From a virus (lineage: Duplodnaviria > Caudoviricetes), in the IMG/VR virus record IMGVR_UViG_3300030102_003297, positions 1 through 32,944 of that record: a DNA stretch of 32,944 nt; one strand, written 5' to 3'. The notes under the pieces were generated by a model, which did not search any database, had not been told where the DNA came from, and saw nothing but the letters and a program-made list of their open reading frames with translations. Shown here piece after piece: positions 27,419-32,944 of this stretch. A program made the position numbers and the translations under genes. Positions within the stretch are counted from its first letter, which is position 1. Each line of letters begins with the position of its first letter.

Positions 27419-27744
27419 AACTATGTGTAACGGCGATTGCCCTTTTTGTATCGGTTGCGACTTTAGCACAAGCTGAATCTATTTCAATAGTTCAGTACAC
27501 TGCTAATTTTGCAGAAGAAATATCTTTAGATGAATACAAAGATTATAATGTAGAAACCCTACTTATGTCTAATTCTAAAAAAATATTTGATAAAAAGAAA
27601 ATTAAGTATTTACCCACTGTTATATTATATAATGATGGTGAAGAAGAATTAAGAATAGAGGGTGATATAAGTTTAAAACTGCCAGATAATTGGAAGCAAT
27701 TACTAAACAAACATATAGATTTATTATTGGAACAACGCTTCTAA
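27415..27744 (+). CDS. Exported thioredoxin-fold-like protein lacking CxxC
   Basis: Signal peptide ending TLA-Q; IKYLPTVILYNDGEE matches the thioredoxin cis-Pro/beta3-beta4 motif; no Cys in the mature part. Confidence 0.6.
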   Translation: MKLCVTAIALFVSVATLAQAESISIVQYTANFAEEISLDEYKDYNVETLLMSNSKKIFDKKKIKYLPTVILYNDGEEELRIEGDISLKLPDNWKQLLNKHIDLLLEQRF

Positions 27745-28175
27745 GCACGTTTACATTTAGTCAAATACAAGAGGATAAAAAGTTACATTTTGCTGCTGGT
27801 AATGTTATAGGGGCTGCTGGTTATGTTTATTCATATAACAAACATCAAGATAAAAAAAGAGCAATAATTAATAGTGTTTGTCTTGCATTTGCAGCAGGTG
27901 TTGTTAAAGAAATATACGATGGAGAAAATGATGGTTACGTTGAACACGAAGATATATTAGCAACTACATTAGGTGGTATAACAATTTCGGCTTTATTTAA
28001 TTTATTAAACAAAAATAAAAAATCAAATTATAGAAAACTAGATAAAAAATTAGGAGGTTATTATTATGAACACAACTACAAAGAAATTAATTACACTGAT
28101 TATAATGCTTTTTACGAGCTTGACTTTTACACAAGTTATAACACAGGACAAGCTAAAAAAAGTAAGAAAAAATAA
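27690..28175 (+). CDS. YfiM/VanZ-like membrane protein with signal peptide
   Basis: Signal ending TFS-Q; DKKLHFAAG...GVVKEIYD...EDILATTLGG motif set with hydrophobic helices. Confidence 0.65.
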   Translation: MEAITKQTYRFIIGTTLLSTFTFSQIQEDKKLHFAAGNVIGAAGYVYSYNKHQDKKRAIINSVCLAFAAGVVKEIYDGENDGYVEHEDILATTLGGITISALFNLLNKNKKSNYRKLDKKLGGYYYEHNYKEINYTDYNAFYELDFYTSYNTGQAKKSKKK

Positions 28176-29187
28176 CTTATTTAAAAAAGTATTTAAATAC
28201 TCTACATTTTATGGTGCATATTCACAAACCAACTCGATACAAGCACCACAAACATTTATTGTAACACAAGACAACGAGCTAATAGAAACCACAAAGCGTT
28301 ATCCCTCTGATATGATGATGACTTATGGGTGGCGTAAATTAGCACATTTCCAGTACGAAGATCGTGATAAATTTTATGATGGTGATGAAAAAAATGCAAG
28401 TGTTAAATCAAGTATTGGTGCTTACAAAGGTTTAGAATATCTTGTGGAATATTCACGTGGTAGGCAACAAGGCCGTGAGTTTAATAATCAAGAAATATTT
28501 TTACGCTATCTTGCAAACTATTGGTTAATTAAAGGTGAGTATCAGAAAAATGAACTAGTAGATATTGACTACAAAAGTGCTGAATTAAGATTACGTTTAC
28601 CTATTGGAAAAAAGTTTAGCTTTAGTGCTGGTGCAATTTATCGTACATACGAAAAAGCCTATGGACACAACCCAATACAAAACTACTTAGAAGATAATGC
28701 TTGGTGGGAACTAGCCTACCAATATCACACAGATCAATTATATGAAATGATAGACCCTTTTACACAAGAAAGTTTGGGCTACGATTATCTTTGGTACAAC
28801 CAACAAGGGCAAATAATAGCTGCAAGTGATGCTGATTATAGAAACGGAGTATTTCAAAATGTTGTTAATAGATATAATCGTGAACAGCTTTCAATGATTG
28901 GGGGCTTCGCAGATCTTGCCCCAGTTGCTGGTGTAGATTTCTATCATTATAAAAGAAATTTTTGGGTGCATTTATACGGAAGTGTAATGACAAAACACAA
29001 ATTAATGACTGGTGATGAAAGATATTCGTATGGTAATTATGTAGATGGTGAATGGATTGATTACTCGGCTGGTGGTGTGTTCGGTTTCAAATTTGGAAAA
29101 TTCGGAGTTTTTAGCGAACTTACACTACAAAGATACTGGGATAGAAATATAAAGCAAATCAAAGTAGGTATTAATTTTAAATTATAA
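28066..29187 (+). CDS. Putative outer-membrane beta-barrel protein
   Basis: Signal peptide ending TFT-Q; many amphipathic aromatic-rich strands (KFSFSAGAIYRT, PVAGVDFYHY, FWVHLYGSV, GGVFGFKF); C-terminal KVGINFKL resembles a BAM beta-signal. Confidence 0.7.
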   Translation: MNTTTKKLITLIIMLFTSLTFTQVITQDKLKKVRKNNLFKKVFKYSTFYGAYSQTNSIQAPQTFIVTQDNELIETTKRYPSDMMMTYGWRKLAHFQYEDRDKFYDGDEKNASVKSSIGAYKGLEYLVEYSRGRQQGREFNNQEIFLRYLANYWLIKGEYQKNELVDIDYKSAELRLRLPIGKKFSFSAGAIYRTYEKAYGHNPIQNYLEDNAWWELAYQYHTDQLYEMIDPFTQESLGYDYLWYNQQGQIIAASDADYRNGVFQNVVNRYNREQLSMIGGFADLAPVAGVDFYHYKRNFWVHLYGSVMTKHKLMTGDERYSYGNYVDGEWIDYSAGGVFGFKFGKFGVFSELTLQRYWDRNIKQIKVGINFKL

Positions 29188-29189
29188 TT

Positions 29190-29429
29190 ATGTGGAAACT
29201 AACAAAAAAATATTTTAAAGACTTGTGGGCTTTTTGGTGGGGGCTGACAACGATAGATGAAAAGGCAAAAGCTACAGGAAAAGAAATAAAACGTAGAGCA
29301 AAAAATGTAAAAAAAGAACTTCAAGATGTTGGCAAAGCAATGAAAGAAGTTGGTAATCAAATAGGTGATATAGATGATGCAGTAAAAGGTAAAAAAAGAA
29401 AGGGAAGAAAAAATGAAAAAAATAAGTGA
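29190..29429 (+). CDS. Small basic amphipathic protein
   Basis: Trp-rich N-terminus (KYFKDLWAFWWG), then an apolipoprotein-like helix. Confidence 0.7.
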   Translation: MWKLTKKYFKDLWAFWWGLTTIDEKAKATGKEIKRRAKNVKKELQDVGKAMKEVGNQIGDIDDAVKGKKRKGRKNEKNK

Positions 29430-29877
29430 ACATATTTCATATAACGAGGCAGTATATAGTGCAACTGCAAAGCGTAAAGGCATAGACAATAAACCAACAA
29501 AAAAGCAAGTTGATAATATGCAACTGATAGCTGAAAAAATTTTTGAACCATTAAGAGAATGGGTTGGTGGCCCAATAAAAATAAATAGTTTTTTCAGAAA
29601 TAAAGCAACAAATGAAGCCGTTGGTGGCAGTAGTACTTCTATGCATTGCAAAGGTTTAGCAATTGATCTTGATGATATATATGGATATAAAACTAACGCT
29701 GAAATGTTTTATTATATATGCGAAAATTTAGAGTTTGATGTTGCTATATGGGAATTTGGTGATGATAAAAACCCAAGCTGGGTGCACGTAAGCTATAGAC
29801 CAGATGCAAATAGAGGCAAAATATTAAAAGCAGTAAAAGAAAATGGCAGAACTAAATACGAATACTTTAAATTATGA
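29413..29877 (+). CDS. Endolysin, peptidase M15A family
   Basis: INSFFR, NEAVGGSSTSMHCKGLAIDL (SxHxxGxAxD) and WVHVS zinc-ligand motifs. Confidence 0.9.
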   Translation: MKKISEHISYNEAVYSATAKRKGIDNKPTKKQVDNMQLIAEKIFEPLREWVGGPIKINSFFRNKATNEAVGGSSTSMHCKGLAIDLDDIYGYKTNAEMFYYICENLEFDVAIWEFGDDKNPSWVHVSYRPDANRGKILKAVKENGRTKYEYFKL

Positions 29878-30296
29878 GCAAAAAAAAGTTTAGCGAAACT
29901 AAGGTTGGTAAATTTTTATTAAACAAAGGCAGTAATTTATTTAATGTTGTGGGTGATGTACTGCCAGACAATGGTGTTTTAGGCGTTGTAAAGAATTTAA
30001 TTGACAAAGACAATACAATGCCCCAACAAGACAAGGAAACGGCCTTAGAGCTTATAAAACAGGATCAAATAGAAATGCAAGAGATTACTAAAAGATGGGT
30101 GGCTGATGCTTCTGCTGGTTGGCTACAAGCAAACGTTAGACCATTAACACTTATTTTTTTTAGTGTTGCTTATGTTGTCGGTTGGTATTTAGATTATCCA
30201 CTTGAAAGTATTACAGGTTTATTAAGTTTAATTGTTGGTGCTTATTTTGGATCTCGTGGTGTTGAAAAAGTAATGGGTAATAACAGACATAAATAA
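29874..30296 (+). CDS. Holin (GTA 3TM holin-like)
   Basis: RWVAD...WLQANVRPL, TM helices and GAYFGSRGVEK; next to the endolysin. Confidence 0.8.
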   Translation: MSKKKFSETKVGKFLLNKGSNLFNVVGDVLPDNGVLGVVKNLIDKDNTMPQQDKETALELIKQDQIEMQEITKRWVADASAGWLQANVRPLTLIFFSVAYVVGWYLDYPLESITGLLSLIVGAYFGSRGVEKVMGNNRHK

Positions 30297-30430
30297 TGCC
30301 ACGCAAGACAATAGTAAACATATATAAAAGCAAATCTAGAAAGCGCAAAGGCATACATTCAAAAACAAAAAGCAGCAAATTAAAAGCAAGTAAAAATTAT
30401 CTAAAAAGGTATAAATCACAAGGTAGATAA
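30296..30430 (+). CDS. Small highly basic protein (44 aa, ...RKRKGIHSKTKSSKLKASKNYLKRYKSQGR), not in the ORF track
   Basis: TAATG overlap with the holin stop; K/R-rich with no acidic residues. Confidence 0.7.
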   Translation: MPRKTIVNIYKSKSRKRKGIHSKTKSSKLKASKNYLKRYKSQGR

Positions 30431-30511
30431 TATATATATCTTATAAGTATTATATATATATAAGTAAGTTATATAGTAGTACTTATATATTAATATAATA
30501 AAATTTTTTAG
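30431..30511. other. AT-rich non-coding region with an inverted repeat; candidate replication origin
   Basis: ATATATAAGTA (30456-30466) and TACTTATATAT (30480-30490), TA runs, and palindrome CTTATAAG. Confidence 0.4.
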
Positions 30512-30889
30512 ATGGCCAAAAGAAAACAACTAATAAAAAAATTAGATGCTGTTTTTTCAGAATATATAAGAAGAAGATACGCAAAAAATGATATTGCACA
30601 ATGTTTTACTTGTGGTAAAAAAGATCACTGGAAAAGATTACAATGTGGACACTTCCAAAGTCGCAAACACTACGCAACGAGATGGAATGAAGATAACTGC
30701 CAGGTACAATGTGTGGGCTGTAATGTTTTTAAAAGTGGTGAACAATATAAGTTTGGCATAAATTTAGGAGAAAAAAAAGCAAAAAAACTTTTTATGTTAG
30801 CGCGTCAAACAAAAAAAATTGCTAACTTTGAATTGCTTGAAATGATTCAGCATTATAAGAATTTGAACGTATCCCTCACTTCTTCATAG
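30512..30889 (+). CDS. ninG: NinG/Rap-like recombination endonuclease
   Basis: LDAVFSEYIRRR, CFTCG, CGHFQSR...TRWNEDNCQVQCVGCN. Confidence 0.88.
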   Translation: MAKRKQLIKKLDAVFSEYIRRRYAKNDIAQCFTCGKKDHWKRLQCGHFQSRKHYATRWNEDNCQVQCVGCNVFKSGEQYKFGINLGEKKAKKLFMLARQTKKIANFELLEMIQHYKNLNVSLTSS

Positions 30890-30919
30890 GGGGGTTTATT
30901 TATGTTTTATTTATGAAAG

Positions 30920-30944
30920 AGGGCAGTTGATCTGCCCTTTTTTT
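30920..30944 (+). terminator. Rho-independent terminator
   Basis: AGGGCAG-ttgat-CTGCCCT followed by a T tract. Confidence 0.88.
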
Positions 30945-30952
30945 GTATAATT

Positions 30953-31003
30953 AAAATATTTTTATTATTTTAGTTGTATAAATAAATAAATAACATAAAT
31001 AAA
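30953..31003 (+). promoter_or_regulatory. Putative host-RNAP (early) promoter and A-rich leader, copy 2
   Basis: Near-identical to 7478-7519; follows a terminator and precedes a run of small genes. Confidence 0.6.
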
Positions 31004-31201
31004 ATGCCAAAATTAATAGAATTAAAATCAGTCGGTTGCCATATTGATATTACAGGTACGGTATATCCTACCTTCAAAAATGGTGAACCAGATCTCAATA
31101 GCCCAATGCAACTAGATGAATGTACCATTGAATGGTATGACCAGTTACAAGGCGTTGACAAATGGATTGTTAGATTCCTAACACCTAACTTTTATGAATA
31201 A
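31004..31201 (+). CDS. Hypothetical early protein
   Basis: First ORF after the promoter. Confidence 0.7.
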   Translation: MPKLIELKSVGCHIDITGTVYPTFKNGEPDLNSPMQLDECTIEWYDQLQGVDKWIVRFLTPNFYE

Positions 31202-31289
31202 ACGTAAATATAAACAAAAAATGAAAGCAGTTGCAATATCTTATTTAGGTATTATATTGATATTAGCTTACTTAATTTTAACAAGATGA
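31194..31289 (+). CDS. Small membrane peptide (31 aa, MNKRKYKQKMKAVAISYLGIILILAYLILTR)
   Basis: Basic N-terminus plus a single TM helix; overlaps both neighbours. Confidence 0.6.
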   Translation: MNKRKYKQKMKAVAISYLGIILILAYLILTR

Positions 31290-31465
31290 AACAACCATTA
31301 ACATATGAAGTAGAATATTGGTTTTTAAATATGCACCCAATAGAAAGCTACGACTTTAGAGTACAAAAAGTAATAGCAACGACACCAGAAGAAGCATTAG
31401 AAGCCATAAAAAAATCTGCACCAAAAGGATCAAAGGACTTTAAAATAGTAAACTATGACAGGTAG
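31286..31465 (+). CDS. Hypothetical protein (59 aa, MKQPLTYEVEYWFLN...)
   Basis: ATGA overlap; tiles the operon. Confidence 0.65.
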   Translation: MKQPLTYEVEYWFLNMHPIESYDFRVQKVIATTPEEALEAIKKSAPKGSKDFKIVNYDR

Positions 31466-31601
31466 TGCAGATCTTTCAAGACTAAGACAAGCTGAAATTG
31501 AAGCTCTTAGAAATAAATTACAAGAATTAGAAGAAGAAAATAAACAATTAAAAAAAACAATTTATGATTTACAAAGCAATATTAAAAAGCATAGAGGCTA
31601 A
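31455..31601 (+). CDS. Small coiled-coil protein (48 aa, MTGSADLSRLRQAEIEALRNKLQELEEENKQLKK...)
   Basis: Clear heptad pattern; tiles the operon. Confidence 0.65.
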   Translation: MTGSADLSRLRQAEIEALRNKLQELEEENKQLKKTIYDLQSNIKKHRG

Positions 31602-31965
31602 AGAAAGCTGGGACAATAATGGTGATAAATGGACTAAATATGTATTTACATTTGATAATGGCCACGCACCATTTGTTTTCAGAACTGATGAGTTGAACTA
31701 TAAAAAAGGATCTGAACTTGAATATGATTTAGACAAAAATAACAACAAAGCAAGAATATTAACAAAAAACCCTAAACAAAATCAAGCAGAGGTTTCATAT
31801 ACAACTACAAAAGATGATGTACAAAAATATATTATTAGACAAAGTAGTATGAATCGTGCAACCGATCTTTATCAAGGGCAGTTATTTGACTGGGAAAAAG
31901 AAGAAAATAGAATTAAATTAATTACATTAGCAAGAGAAATAGAAAAATACGTACACAATGGATAA
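31564..31965 (+). CDS. Putative OB-fold ssDNA-binding/recombination protein
   Basis: Beta-rich aromatic N-terminus plus helical IIRQSSMNRA C-terminus; replication context. Confidence 0.45.
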   Translation: MIYKAILKSIEAKESWDNNGDKWTKYVFTFDNGHAPFVFRTDELNYKKGSELEYDLDKNNNKARILTKNPKQNQAEVSYTTTKDDVQKYIIRQSSMNRATDLYQGQLFDWEKEENRIKLITLAREIEKYVHNG

Positions 31966-32218
31966 TAAAATAAAATTTATAAGTGGCTTGTACCCAAAGC
32001 CTGCAAAAGTTGAATGGGTAAAAAGTGATGTATCAGTTAATATTGAATTATTAATTGAAGAACTAAATAAGCTAAAGCCAAAAGCAATAAAAGGCTTTAT
32101 TAATCTTTCTTTGTGTGAGAGCAAAGCTGGTAAGCAATATTTTAAATTGAACGATTATAAGCCAAAAGAAGTAACAGCTTCAGAACATAGCCCAGATCGT
32201 GATGATTTGCCATTTTAA
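31958..32218 (+). CDS. Small SSB-like protein with acidic DDLPF tail
   Basis: Ends in DRDDLPF, like the bacterial SSB C-terminal interaction motif. Confidence 0.55.
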   Translation: MDNKIKFISGLYPKPAKVEWVKSDVSVNIELLIEELNKLKPKAIKGFINLSLCESKAGKQYFKLNDYKPKEVTASEHSPDRDDLPF

Positions 32219-32232
32219 TATAACAAAATTCA

Positions 32233-32370
32233 ATGGAAGAAAAACTATGGAAAATGCTTTATAATATCGAAGATTATTTACAGTATGATAATACGAAAAT
32301 GGGAAAAAAATTAGGAAACTTTATAAATGATTTACAACAATATAAAGTAATAATAAAAAAAAAATTATAA
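32233..32370 (+). CDS. Small hypothetical protein (45 aa, MEEKLWKMLYNIEDYLQYD...)
   Basis: Fills the intergenic gap on the coding strand. Confidence 0.55.
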   Translation: MEEKLWKMLYNIEDYLQYDNTKMGKKLGNFINDLQQYKVIIKKKL

Positions 32371-32379
32371 ATTAGTGAT

Positions 32380-32562
32380 ATGCCAATAAGCAACGAGATC
32401 TTTGAAACTTATCGAATGCAAGAGAGGTTACGAAAACAAACTGATGCAATTAAATATTTAGCTAATCAAGGTTTTACAATATTAGATACGAAAGGTAACA
32501 TAATAAATAAACATAACATAAATGAGCAAAATAAACCAAAATGGAACCACCAAAAAAAATAG
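32380..32562 (+). CDS. Hypothetical protein
   Basis: ORF tiled within the operon. Confidence 0.65.
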   Translation: MPISNEIFETYRMQERLRKQTDAIKYLANQGFTILDTKGNIINKHNINEQNKPKWNHQKK

Positions 32563-32707
32563 GCCATCAATAAAGCAAAAATTAAGATACATTCAAAATA
32601 GATTACAGTGGTACGATTTATTTACTGATTATATTTATAATTATAACAGAAGTGTATGGAACAATGCTACTGAATTTGCAGATGAAATGATGGAAGATGC
32701 TGATTAA
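32522..32707 (+). CDS. Hypothetical protein
   Basis: ORF tiled within the operon; overlaps the helicase start. Confidence 0.65.
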   Translation: MSKINQNGTTKKNRPSIKQKLRYIQNRLQWYDLFTDYIYNYNRSVWNNATEFADEMMEDAD

Positions 32708-32944
32708 TTATGATGATCAAATTGACAAATTAATAAAAGTTCGAAAGGGTGAAACACAAGAGGGCTTTAAATTAGATATACCACAGATAGATGAGTATTT
32801 TCGATTTAAAAAAGCAAATTTCAATTTAATATTAGGCCACGCCAACGCAGGAAAAACAACTATAACTTTATATTTGATGTTGTTATATACTGTTGCACAT
32901 AAATTTAAATGGTTAGTTTTTTCAAGCGAGAACGATCCTCATAC
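32697..32944 (+). CDS. SF4 helicase, 5' part (continues at the window start)
   Basis: MLINYDDQIDKLIKVRKG...GHANAGKTT, open to the window end. Confidence 0.85.
   Translation, partial: MLINYDDQIDKLIKVRKGETQEGFKLDIPQIDEYFRFKKANFNLILGHANAGKTTITLYLMLLYTVAHKFKWLVFSSENDPH
32725..32944 (+). repeat. Terminal direct repeat, copy 2
   Basis: Matches 1-220 with 5 mismatches. Confidence 0.97.

Noticed and set aside
3207-32124. All minus-strand ORFs in the track (e.g. 3207-3509, 10432-10752, 15291-15602, 23752-24072, 29199-29651)
   Set aside because: Each lies antisense to a well-supported + strand gene and has shadow-frame composition (F/L/S/I-rich) with no motifs.
1-32944. Impression of GATC or GpC enrichment as a footprint of DNA modification
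   Set aside because: A rough count of GATC looked near the composition expectation, and GpC excess is common from Ala/Gly/Ser codons; not supportable without computation.
1-32944. Alternative genetic code, tRNA genes or a lysogeny module
   Set aside because: Genes tile densely under the standard code, no cloverleaf was seen in the short intergenic gaps, and no integrase or repressor motifs were found.

Overview
Apparently a complete, circularly assembled ~32.7 kb tailed-phage genome. The first 220 nt repeat at the end (32725-32944) with 5 synonymous differences. All credible genes lie on the + strand. The host is most likely Bacteroidota (Flavobacteriia-like): starts lack Shine-Dalgarno sites and are A-rich (AATTATG), three signal peptides are followed by Gln, and there are TAnnTTTG-like promoters. 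Gene order: SF4 helicase, sigma factor, N6A/N4C methyltransferase, nucleases, a ParB-N + glycosyltransferase + TET/JBP-like dioxygenase cassette coupled to terS/terL, a small early cassette with an Ocr-like protein, tail genes (with a -1 frameshift chaperone pair), tape measure, protease/scaffold/capsid/tail tube/portal, a repetitive tail fibre, a lysis region containing an unexplained trio of exported proteins (thioredoxin-fold, membrane protein, beta-barrel OMP), NinG, and early/SSB-like genes. No integrase, polymerase, primase, tRNA or CRISPR array was seen. The strongest novelty candidates are (1) a TET/JBP + glycosyltransferase DNA hypermodification cassette with no C5-cytosine methyltransferase, possibly a phage base-J-like pathway, and (2) the exported-protein/OMP module in the lysis operon. 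All family assignments come from motif recognition by eye, not database searches.
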